Shown here piece after piece: positions 53,393 to 64,000 of a DNA stretch of 64,000 bases. The stretch's first letter is position 1. Every line of letters begins with the position of its first letter. The stretch is taken from positions 52,454,001 to 52,518,000 of the forward strand of contig NC_045697.1 in NCBI RefSeq assembly GCF_009834535.1, read 5' to 3'. The translations under genes were made by a program, and so were the position numbers. The notes under the pieces are model-generated. The model did not search any database, was not told where the DNA came from, and saw nothing but the letters and a program-made list of their open reading frames with translations. This DNA comes from Camelus ferus. Taxonomy: Eukaryota.

Positions 53393-53649
53393 CTCGCTGT
53401 CTCCTTCCACTCCATCTCCTGCCCGTCCACGGCCAGCAGCTCATCCAGTTCAGTGAAGAGCTGAGGGGGTGCTGGGCTGTCATCCTCCTCGCCCAAGATG
53501 AATCGGATGCGTTCTGCGGCAGGAGAGACTGCAGAAGTGAAAATACTGTGGTTAAACACTGGCTGCACAACCCTGAGGAAAGTGTGACTCCGAGCTCTTC
53601 CTCTGTCCCCAAAGCTGCTGGGCTTCCCTTCCACATTTTCCGTGGACAT
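53393..53649 (-). CDS. SLC4A4: SLC4A4 NBCe1-A (kidney variant) first coding exon; includes the common exon 53528-53393 used by the B/C variants
   Basis: Translates [86 protein letters not shown], the recognisable NBCe1-A N-terminus. ATG context GGAAGATGT (A at -3). Donor AG|GTGAGG (phase 2). Internal acceptor ttttcacttctgcag|TC at 53529/53528. Confidence 0.98.
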
Positions 53650-54110
53650 CTTCCTTGATGAGCCTCCCTTGTCCCCAACCTAAAGACAAAAAGGAATCCA
53701 AGCCCTTCTCTATTCCTTTGGTTCTAAGCTCTCCACCGCCCTCCAGAAGGACAGCACTGAGGTTCTGGGTGGTGTGCAATGAAGAACCTTTAGCCCTCAG
53801 ATGAGCTGAGGTCCAACCGCATGACCTTCCCTCCTTCCTCACTAGGGACCCATCCGAAAGCATTAGACAGAAACCAGCTTGAGCCAATCGCTTCTTCCAC
53901 AGCAGTGGGAGGGGGCAACAGAGCACCCCAATCCTGAGTTTCTCCCAGGCCCCCACCCCCCCGCCACCCTCCCCGCGTCCAATGCCGAAAGCTCAAGCCC
54001 TCACAGGCTCCTCACTGCCCGTGGCTGCCTCACTGCAAAGCTGCTGAAGGAATATTTAACAGGACGGAGCCTCTTCTTTACATGATGGCGGTACCCAAAA
54101 ATATTTAGTC
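53650..54110 (-). promoter_or_regulatory. SLC4A4: NBCe1-A internal promoter / 5'UTR region
   Basis: Immediately upstream of the A-variant ATG, where the variant's own promoter is known to lie within an intron of the B/C transcript. GC-richer than flanks, with a CCAAT box (gagccaatc, ~53881-53889) and GC/GT boxes at 53950-53977. TSS not determinable from sequence. Confidence 0.6.
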
Positions 54111-54300
54111 ACACTTCAGTGCCCTTGAAAAACAAGCCCAAGTAAAACATTGTACACCTGAGGGGAAAAAAATGTCCAATACGCTCAAGTACATAATTGA
54201 ATGCCCTAGTAGCTCCTCCTGACTCCGTCTCCTGAAAAATCATGTAATGAAAAATTAACTAGAATTTCCCCCAAGTCGTGGGTTATTTTCTCTTTCTCAG

Positions 54301-54329
<29 letters not shown>
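54301..54329. repeat. A29 homopolymer
   Basis: 29 consecutive A. Confidence 0.95.
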
Positions 54330-54331
<2 letters not shown>

Positions 54332-54559
54332 AAAGTGTCCAGAAACTGATGGTTATGCTACAAAACCAAGGGCCACAGATACTCTTTCTCAGCCCTGGGT
54401 AAAACCAAAAATGTTATATACACGTGAATGCAGACCAAGTACACAGATCTACACAGATATACATATGTAGAAATTTGTAGAAATGTATGTATTCAACCTA
54501 ATAAAACAAACACAAAATCCCTATCATCTGAAAGCTGCTATAATACAGGACAGAATAAA

Positions 54560-55165
54560 ATTCCATAAATATCGAAATACATTTACTAGAAATAAACCCA
54601 TGAAAAATATTCACCCTACCTAGTAATCAAAACTAATTACTGAAATAAGATAAAATAAGATACATTTTACCAATTAAAATGGCAAAAATTAAAAAGAATG
54701 ATAATCCCAGTATTGGCAAGGGTTTAGGACACACGCAATGGCACCTCTTAATTTACATGGCTGGTGCAGCCTAAAAGCGAAGATCTCTCTGTAGGGAAAT
54801 TTGAAAAAAATATGGAAATGTTCTAAAACTGTACCTATCCTGTGAGCCAGTTATTCTGCTACTAGAAAGATGTTCATTTCAAATAAATAATTGCTGTTAT
54901 CACAAAGACGTAACTACAGAAGTGACCACTGTGGCATAGTTTATAACTGAGAAAAACAGAAAAAGCTTAAAAGGAAGATTGGTTAAATAAACTACACGAA
55001 ACCCATTCAATAAAATGCCATGTGGTCATAAAACATGAAGATGAGGTTTTTTTTTTTTACATCTGTACCATATATTAAATGAAAAAACAAAACTACAGAA
55101 TCATATGCATAAAGTGATCCTATTTTGGTAAAGAAAAATACACATGTATCCATAAAATAGTCTGG
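54560..55165 (+). mobile_element. Old L1 (L1ME-type) 3' fragment
   Basis: aaaatggcaaaaattaaaaagaatgataatcccagtattggcaaggg, ORF2-end/3'UTR pattern; boundaries approximate. Confidence 0.65.
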
Positions 55166-55168
55166 AAT

Positions 55169-56100
55169 TGAGGGAGCCCTCACTTTGCGTAGGTCTGATG
55201 AGTGTGAATTACAGCTACCAGAGTTTGGTTAAGTAATACTAGTCCCCCTACAACACAGCTGAAATGTCAGCTGCGTGCTATATTAACTGTGAGTAATTGT
55301 TTAAAGGACAAACTTTAGCTCTTCAGTCCACCAATTACTATGTAAGCATGTAATTACATATTTATGTGCATATAATCATATGTACACAATACATGTTATG
55401 TACATTATTATGTGTACATAATTATATGTACATAACATGTGTGTGATTGCATATTATAATACTACTATGTAAATAACATGTGCTTCATGATGGTGATCAA
55501 TCACAGTGCCTCTTTCAAAGTCCGTCAGTGACTGGTCACCACATGTGTCATCCAGTTCAGGCACAGACAGCAAAGTGAGTAGCTGTGTTGCCTTCTTGTC
55601 CTGATAAGTTTATACGACATGGATAATCGAAAGGGGGAGTTGGCCAACAAAGATGGAAGCACAGCACAGAAACAAGAAGTGCTAATGCTAGAAGTGAAAT
55701 CTATGGCAAACACAAATGGAGTTGCAGAAGACCTAGCTGAGTACAGGAATGTAGGTGATGCTGCCGTTCACCACTTGAGAGACTCCAGACGTACAGTCAG
55801 AGAAACTTAATGAAGGCAAACTCCTTAGCATAAATAGTAACGCAAGTGGTTGTACCAGAATGATAACAATGTCCCAGAGGAAGTGAGTCTGGCCAAAACA
55901 AAAACTTCCCATTGAAAGAGTGCTCAGAGACATTTCCTGACATGGAAAGCACAAAGGATAAAATGTTGGCAGCTGATCCAAACTTAGAGAGGAGAATGAC
56001 AATTCGCCTGGGCATAGAAAAGATGCTCACTCCATTTCATAAACTGTACAATAGGAAGAAGACGACCACTCTTCAAATCAATTCTGATAAGATTTTACAG
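55169..56100 (+). mobile_element. Tigger (Tigger6-like) internally deleted DNA transposon
   Basis: Transposase relics MDNRKGELANKDGSTAQKQEVLMLEVK and KDKMLAADPNLERRMTIRLGIEKMLTPFHKLY; 5' end gccctcactttgc. Confidence 0.75.
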
Positions 56101-56160
56101 AGGGTGGGTATAGCTTCAGCGGGAGAGAGCATGGTTGGCATGCACAAGGCCCTGAATTCA
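56101..56160 (+). mobile_element. 3'-truncated Vic-1-type SINE head
   Basis: gggtatagcttcagcgggagagagcatggttggcatgcacaaggccctgaattca, homologous to the SINE at 34396-34536. Confidence 0.7.
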
Positions 56161-56189
56161 GATAAAGAAATGAGCTAAATACAAGACAC

Positions 56190-56330
56190 AGCACTGCACT
56201 GAGACTCTGGAGCCCAGCTGCCAGGGTCTGAATCCAAACTCTGTTACTTGTTTGCTGTGTGACCTGAGGCAAGTTAGTTAACATCTCTGTGTCTCAAGTT
56301 CCCCACCTGAAAAATGGGATGATGATGATA
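56190..56330 (+). mobile_element. MIR SINE
   Basis: gactctggagcccag...gctgtgtgacctgaggcaagttagttaacatctctgtgtctcaagttcccc...aaaatggg core. Confidence 0.85.
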
Positions 56331-58487
56331 AAATACAAGATTTAAATCTGTTTTAAAATTACTGGCCCTTACTAGTAAAATATGCCTAGCTTCTAAGAAA
56401 GAAAGCTCTCACAGATACTGGCCTGGAAAAGCCCTCTATGTTGAAAATACATCAGGTAAGAAAGAAAACAGTCAAAAGTTCTGCATGTTTTATCTCAGTG
56501 AATTAAGTGGCTTCAAGAATGAGAGCACAAGTGCGTACATTCTGGGAAACAGCCAATTAAAGAACAAGAGGAAAATAAAGAAACCCCTTCAGCCTCACTT
56601 TCATAAGGGGGAGTGGGGAGATGAAAGCATCAGAAAATCAACTTGCATCACAGATGAATAGATTACGGTTCTAAGTAAATATTAATCTAGTTTCATCACA
56701 AAAGAGAACCTGGAGAAAAAATGAGAAAGGGTGACAGGGAGGGAAGAAAGGAGGGAGACAGAGAAACTGTCAAGTTCATCCAATCACCTTTGTCAGAACA
56801 TAAGGCCTGTAGATCAAAGCGAAGTTAATGCCTCTCACATACCTTGATTTTCTTTCTTTCTTTGTTTTATTCATTCTGTCCTCTGGTTAAAACGTGTTTT
56901 GGCTTTTTTGAGTAGCTCCAGAATTTCCTGGAGGATCCTACACCAGCGTGGTTATCTCTGACCCATGTCCACCTTTACGATGACATGATGGTCTGCAAGG
57001 GTTGGGGACACCCACTGCTCCCAAATTCCCACTGCCAACAAGAAGAAGGCAAATGTGGGACGGGAATGCCGCCACACCCACTGCCACCACCAGTCCCACG
57101 GCAGACGTCACTTCCACACCTTCACACTCGTTCCTGCGGAGCCTGAACTTGGCCTCCGCACCCATCTGGGCAGCCACCACCCACCAATCAGAGATGGCAG
57201 ATGGGAAGAAACCTCTTCACCATGCCCACTGCCAGCTGGCCTTTCATGTCACTCTGGCCCCAATCTGTGGGTCCAACCTTGTGTCCCACGGGAACCCGGA
57301 AGTGTCTTATGACAGAATATACCCGCTCATTTTCAGATCTTTTTCATTTTCCCTGTCTAGAATATTCTTTTCTTTCCTCCCTAACTCTGACTCAATTTCT
57401 AAGGCCCAGTTGAAAATTCTATCTTTTCCAATAACCTATACTAACCGTTCCCAGAAACATGAATTCCTCCTTTATTCAAACCATCACAATACTTTTTGTC
57501 CGAACTATTCATTGAGGCACCAACAAATATACAGTTTGTTCATTATTATCTAACTTTTGAAGATGTGCCACCTCTCTCTAACTAGGTCTAACGAGGTCTG
57601 TGTCTTACGCACCTTCCTTAAAGACCAACACTGTATCGTACACCTAATAGTCACTTTGAATATTAATGAATTAGATATAACTAAGTAAACCTCGGACATT
57701 TTCAAGTACACAAAAACATAACCGCTTGCCCAAAGCAACTTACATTAAGAACTCTGAAATGGAAAATATCTAACTTTTGAAAACTGTCCTTATTTTACCC
57801 TTCCCTTTAATCCATCTTTACATAAGCTGCACCAAAACACGGTCGCCAGCCCCTGTAGAGTAAGTCACAAATAAAAGGAGGAGCATTTCAGGTAAGTTAT
57901 TTTCCTCTGCTAGATGCAATCTCCTCCCACCCTGAGGGACCACAACATTTAATGTGCACATCTATTAAGACATTTAATATCCACTGCTTGATGTGTCGTT
58001 ATGCAGCGCTGTACTTTGTCTTTGCAGCTTTTCATCTCTTACCTAAACTGCTCTTGGTGCCTATCTTGTGCACAGTGAAGTTACCCAAAAGAGTAGGGAT
58101 GAAACAATGAGTAAGAGAATGAATGAAAGAATGAATAATATATATTCTGCCCCAGTTCCTCACAAGATCTCTTACTCTGCTTCTATCCTCTGTCTCTTTT
58201 TAAGCACAACTAGGAAAATGACACAATGTAACAAAATGGAAATGAGGGGAAGGGGGGCTTAGCCATATCTGAAGCACAGTTCCTATACTCTCATTTGGTA
58301 ACTTAATTAATATTTATTAATTTTTAGTTCATGCAATACAGTATGGTATTTACTGAAATGACACAAAGTATTTTTTTAAGATAACACCTCTGTCCTCAAG
58401 GAACTCACAGCTGGAAGATAACACATGATAATAGGAAAAATGCTATGGATAAAAATGTAATATGCAAGAAGTAACATTTTTGAATAG

Positions 58488-58712
58488 TTACAGTGTAATA
58501 GGCATTGTGTTAAGTGTTTTCCATTTACATCATTTGTTTTACACAAGCCTATGAACTATCTACTACTTTTATTTTCTTATATTATTCTCTCATAACAGAC
58601 AGGGAAACTGAGCATAAAGAAGCTAAGGGACTTCCCGAAGATTACACAATTAGTAAGTGCTAGGATCTCAAACCCACTTATGTGATTTCCAAGCCCATAT
58701 CGTAGCCACCAC
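58488..58712 (-). mobile_element. MIR SINE
   Basis: aggcattgtgttaagtgtttt...acagacagggaaactgag...acttcccgaagattacacaattagtaagtg. Confidence 0.75.
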
Positions 58713-59417
58713 TCTAATGGATGATCTCATTTAAAGGGGTGGGGGGCAGATTTCTATATAAACAGTACAGACAGTAAATGTACTGGACTTCAGAAGAGAC
58801 AGAAATCATAATGGCATATGAAAGAGTCCAAAAGTAAATTAATTGAACATTTGGTTCATTACCCACTAAAAGGCAATCTGTGAATGTACTCTTTTATTTT
58901 TGGTCTGCGAAGCATCCCACTGTGGTCACCCTGCAGGCTACCTCAAAATAAATTTTTTAATAGAAATAATGATCATAATGAACAATTCATACTGAGCCTG
59001 ACAAGTTTACATGCAAATTCCCTTCTGTGGGTTAAATGAGGACTTTTGGATTTTGTATTTTCTCCTTGTCAAAGTCCACCATCTGGTAAAGTCTTAGCTC
59101 TCAAACCAAAGTATAAAAAGAAATAACTATTTGTTTCTTTAAGTTATTAATGTGCTATCACCAACTGGTTTACACAGTTAACATTTTAAGTATTCATTTC
59201 TCTTCTGAGATAAGAGTTTACAGGTCGATACCACAGTTGTTAAAACTTACACAATTTATCAAATCATTAGGCCACTGTAGTACTCTAAAAAATACAATTA
59301 AATGTATATATAAAATCCTCAGACTTACTTTCATATTCAAAACTATAAGAAATGATAAATAGCTAAATGAATACATTTCCATAGACATATTAATCTTTAA
59401 CACACACACATATGCAT

Positions 59418-59940
59418 TGCAGTGGCATCTGGTCCACCCAGCACCCCTAACCTCTTTTTCTGATAACAGCACCCCATTTTCCTTTGGAGAACTGTCTTAT
59501 AATACTTTTAAGTCCACTGAGGCTGAATCACTCCCTGTGACCCAGGCCTGGACAATGAGAATATCATACAATTCTTGGCCACAGCAATTAATTTTTGAGT
59601 GGACACTTTACCTAATCCAGCCCAATCAGAGTAAATAAGCATTGTACTTTTGTTGGAACTTCCAGGAAATAAATTTTCTCCTTATGTTAAGGTGCTAAGA
59701 TGCTAATAAAAGCTTTGAGTGCAGATGGCCACCGTGCAACCCTAAGGGAAGAGCCTGCCTGGGAATAAAAAACACAGAACCAAGACGGCAACATGTTCCT
59801 GACTCCATCACTTAAGCACCTAGATTCAGCCATGCCTGAAGTCAGTAACTTCTCAATCATATGTAAGGATTCCCTTTTAGCTTAAAGTAACCTGAGGCAA
59901 TTTTTCTGTCACTTGCTACCAAAGAGTTATCATACAAACA
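59418..59940 (+). mobile_element. Old MaLR MLT1-type LTR
   Basis: gtgacccaggcctggacaatgaga...gcacctagattcagccatgcctgaag...tttctgtcacttgctacc; boundaries approximate. Confidence 0.65.
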
Positions 59941-60986
59941 GCTATGATCCCATTTTAATGGGTTAGAGTAGAGCTAACTTCTATTAGCCATCTACGTTTT
60001 AGCATGTTCACATTAATTGCTTTGAAGAACCTGTTCCTATAGAATCCAACTTTTACTGGCATGACCTGTACATATCATGTAGACTTTCTCCACGCCTCTA
60101 CCTACTTCTACCTCAACATACCCAGAAAATGACTATTGATTTACATGCTGGCAGGCTCCAGACAGGTAAATTAGATGGTTACTTTTTCTGTTTCAAGACA
60201 GTGAAACAGCCAAAGAGCTGTCATTAAGAAGGATAATTTCAAAAATACTTAGGTATCCATGTATTAATAAGCTCCCACACATGAAAAGCTGTCAATTATC
60301 ACAATTATCCTTAATCTGCCATGACATGATTATTCAGCTAAAAAGAGTCAACGGCACGAAGAGCCTGGATTCCAGGATACCACCAACTCCCTCACTTAGG
60401 AGCAGAGCAAGCTCAGCTTCAGCCAGCAAGGGGGTGACAGAAACTGGAGTTTGCTGAGACATTTCTGGAAAATACCTATGTCTCAGTCTTCCATTTTCAA
60501 GATGTTAAAAAAAAAATTTACCTATAGTTTATATTACAAAAATGTTATCAGGACTCAAGTCCTTTCTATAAGATATTCAGAATTCTTTAGAACAAAAAAG
60601 TGGTAGCCCTCACATTCCTCAACTTATTCTGTCCTTTGCTTTCATAATTTCTGCCAACACAGTGGGTTGGAAAAATTAAAACTAGGCTTTCAGTGGTGTT
60701 CATATGTGTATCTAAAATGCTGCTAAGCTGTTCACAAGGAAGTAGTCCCAGTGATGGCCTGTCAGTCAAATAAATGTATCTATGAAATTCCAGGGCACAT
60801 CATATTGAAAAAAAATTGGCTCAAAGCCTTTTTGGTCTGCTGATGCTTTTCATCAATTATTCCAATTATATTAATTACATTATTTATACTGTCCCAATAT
60901 TTCAAGAATCTCTATTAGAAAGACATAAGATTCAAATCAGTCATTTTGGGTATTAGCAGCCTCACTGGTGACCTAAACTAAGTAAC

Positions 60987-61360
60987 TGTTAAGGACTGAA
61001 CTGTGTCCCTGACAAAATTCATATGGTGAAACCCTAGTCCCTAATGTGATGGTATTTGGAGATGGAGCTCTTGGGAGATATCTGAGTTTAGATGAGGTTT
61101 TGAGAGTGGGCCCCTCATAATGTGACTAGTGCCCTTATAAGAAGAGACAGCTGAGAGCTTGCTGCCTCTTTCTCTCTACCATGTGAGAACACAGGGGGAA
61201 GGCTGCCATCCGCAAGCCAGGAGCTGGGCCTTCATCGGGGAACCAAATCACCTGCTACCTTGATCTTGGCTTCTCAGTCTCCAGAACTGTGAGAGATAAA
61301 TCCCTGCTGTTTAAGCTACACAGTCTACAATATTTTGTCACAGCAGCTTGAGCTAATACA
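60987..61360 (+). mobile_element. MLT1A-type MaLR solo LTR
   Basis: tgttaaggactgaactgtgtccc...agctaataca; perfect 5-bp TSD gtaac. Confidence 0.9.
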
Positions 61361-64000
61361 GTAACTGAACTAATGGTGAAAATAAGCTTTTTGATTTTTT
61401 TTTTTTTTTTTTTGGTCTGGACTCTCCCATATCATCCTATCATTTCTCCCACTTCACTTAATCCATGTTTGCAGGGTAGTCACGAGCCCTTGGAGGGAAA
61501 AGATAGGCTCACAGAAACAGTAATAACCCAATTTCACTGACTCTGCCCCAGTTACATAACACATGACTGCCCCTCACTGATAAATCTACCTCCCAAGTAT
61601 CTGCTAGGCCCCCTGGGGATGTTTCACTCTTATCCTTTTGGCTCCATCCCACCTCTGATGCCTTCTGCCTGCAAAAATCAGCTGGAAAGGGTATCACATT
61701 GTAGACACTGCCACTGGGGCCCAACAAGCCAATGACAATACCCTGCCAAGCAAGTCAGCTTCTGAAGTTCCCAAGGAGGCAATACTTGAGGTACCAAAGC
61801 AACACAGCAATGGGAAGGAAAAAAGCAGGTGACCAAGAAGTCTGGATGGAATATCATGACAGATAATGTGGATGTGATGAGTCAGTACATTGTTCAGAGT
61901 ACATTTTGCCCCTGCTTGAGACGTAAATTATGTCTTTTGACACCTACCACATGCCAGAGAATTTCCAGAAGAAAAGAAAGGATTCAAGGAAGGAAGAGGA
62001 ATTTCCACAACCATGTCTATCACTCAAATTTAACCACCAGGATGTCTCTGTCTTATCAAGGTTGCAAGGTACCTAATGCCTTACATATCTGCATAAACAT
62101 TAATTGTGGGTTCTTATTTTTAACTCCCTTCTAGTCTTTTGTTCAGATCAAATTCCTTTCCTCAAAGAACCAGCTGTACCCTGACCCTTCCTTCAGGGAA
62201 TCAATAAATTCTGTTTTGCTTATTCCAGTTATAATCGGATTTCTTGCACTTGCAACCAAAGGCTTACTGATTTATATAGTGTGTATAGGAAAAAAAAAAA
62301 AAAACTAGAGCCAAATGTTAACAACCTTTATCCCCAAAAATAGAATTATTGCTTATGTGCAATTTCCAAATTTTCCAAAATTAACATTAATGTCATTATT
62401 ATAAGGAAAACAAACTTATTAAGGTATTTTTAATCGCTAATGTGGGGACAATCATGCCAAATTAGTCCCTACAGTACTTGAAACTGCAAAATCTCAATTA
62501 TCTTTCTCAACAAATGCTCAAAACAAACATAACCCTCAAGCATTTGCCTCTACTGCTGTCTAGGGATTCAAACAGCCGTTTCTGAACCATAGGACAGGAC
62601 TGGCCATGGTTCTGAAAGCTAGCAGACTGATTAGCCACACAGGTATAAAAGAAACCCCATGGGCACAGAACAATGGGGACGGGGTGAGGGGCCTCATGCA
62701 AGTGGCATGGAAAAAGTAAGGTGCTTTCTGTAAACAGTAACTCACCCATTAATTAAGATGGCAACGGCTGTGGCCACCTGCAACCTGTTTCTAAAAGACC
62801 TAAGAGTTCCTAATGCGTGTCCCAGTTCCCACTTCCATTTTTCTTTAATTTCTTCCTCCCTGCTTCACTTCTCTTTGCCCTGCCAGAGCTGTCCATGATA
62901 CGGTTTATATGATGAATCACTCTGCTTAAGAGTGAACACATCAGCATTTTCTCCAGGTTCAACTCAGAACAATTATCAGCACAATTTATACCCTGAGGTT
63001 TCTAAAGTCAGACTCAATTCTCATCAACGTTAGGAAATCTTCCCGATTCCTAAAATAAACTCTACAGACTTGCTCGACTGCAACTCTCTTCTATACAAAG
63101 TAGCTAAATTTATTGCTCCAATATTAGTGTCACCACCACCACGCTGCTGCCATCAGATGCCTCCACAGACAAAAAGAGGCATCCTCCTTCCTGCAGACTT
63201 TCTTTCAAAATACATAAGAATTAAAGGTACCAAGCTTTAAAGAATCTTTAGGGCTTCTGACTTCATCCCCACATTGCCAAAAATTTCTACCCATCTTTCC
63301 TGGATAGCAATACTGAGAAATGTGATTCAGAACATAATTCCGTTAAGAAAGGAAAGAGTAGGGAATGGGGGCATCAAGGACACATTGCATTGGTACTGGT
63401 TCTTTATAAAGAAAAAAAAAAAGTCACATTCCCCACAGACACGTCACTGCTCTAAAGATTTTGATGGGACTCTGAACATAAGAATCGTCAACAAAATTCT
63501 ACACTGAGCTTTTCCTCTTTTCTGCCTTAAGTCTGCTCAAAATTAGTGGCAGTGATCTCTCACCTCTCTGAAGCTTAATTACATTCTCAGCAAAGAAAAA
63601 AATATATATAACAGGTCCTCCAACACTACCAATTTGACATCAATAGTTTCACTGTTCTCAGACAACATAGTGCTTCATTTGCCTTGTCTGATCTACCCAG
63701 AAGGCTCTCCATTATTGAAGCCAACCAGCAACATATGTCCACTGGCCAGCAAAGACCTCAAAATGAGGCTGGAATCTTAAAGGCCACTTGTGAAGCTTAA
63801 GTTCAATGACTTGTGAAATGGCACATGAATAACAAGAATAATGTGAATTATAATAATTAATATAAACAATAAGTTTTCGTGCAGCTTCACCAAGTACCTT
63901 CCCAAATTATCAACAGTGATTTGCTAAACCCATTTTCAATAAACAAGAAGATGAAACGAGCTAAGTTTTAAGAACCATATTTTAGAAGGGAGGAGCATTT

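Noticed and set aside
54301..54329. A29 tract as a retrocopy tail
   Set aside because: No attached element body or TSD visible; treated as a simple repeat.
57002..57553. Longest ORF (183 aa)
   Set aside because: Starts at TTG, low-complexity, no recognisable domain, and runs from GC-rich sequence into a probable L2 remnant.
1..64000. The many 60-180 aa ORFs in the six-frame track
   Set aside because: Apart from those overlapping the three SLC4A4 exons and L1/Tigger relics, they have no recognisable protein features, often start at non-ATG codons, and match chance expectation in intronic DNA.
1..64000. CRISPR arrays, operons or prokaryotic defence systems
   Set aside because: The sequence is clearly mammalian intron/exon DNA, and no regularly spaced repeat-spacer structure was seen.

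Overview
Mammalian (very likely camelid) genomic DNA lying entirely inside the SLC4A4 (electrogenic Na+/HCO3- cotransporter NBCe1) gene, which is on the minus strand. The window holds the kidney-type NBCe1-A start exon (ATG at 53649; its 3' 136 nt is the common exon used by the B/C variants), two further coding exons (44379-44219 and 35929-35750, the latter with the alternative donor for 'cassette I'), and more than 35 kb of the next intron. The next canonical exon (GSPAMTHRNL...) was not found in the window. The introns are rich in transposon relics: L1, L2, MIR, Vic-1-type tRNA-derived SINEs, ERV1 and MaLR solo LTRs, and hAT, Tigger and mariner DNA elements. Repeat family names are from recalled consensus sequences, not a database search. 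Nearly all ORFs in the supplied track are spurious. The most notable observations are: (1) a 96-nt, phase-symmetric, stop-free candidate cassette exon at 24318-24223 that would insert 32 aa (ARSPLENSVPCLATRTLDDDPRVRRSPSVGWL) into the NBCe1 N-terminal loop and is not part of the five classical variants A-E; (2) a perfect 94-bp inverted templated insertion, flanked by a 17-bp duplication, inside a solo LTR; (3) an L1-in-L1 fold-back; (4) an 18-nt in-frame microexon candidate; (5) substitutions in the NBCe1-A autostimulatory N-terminus.
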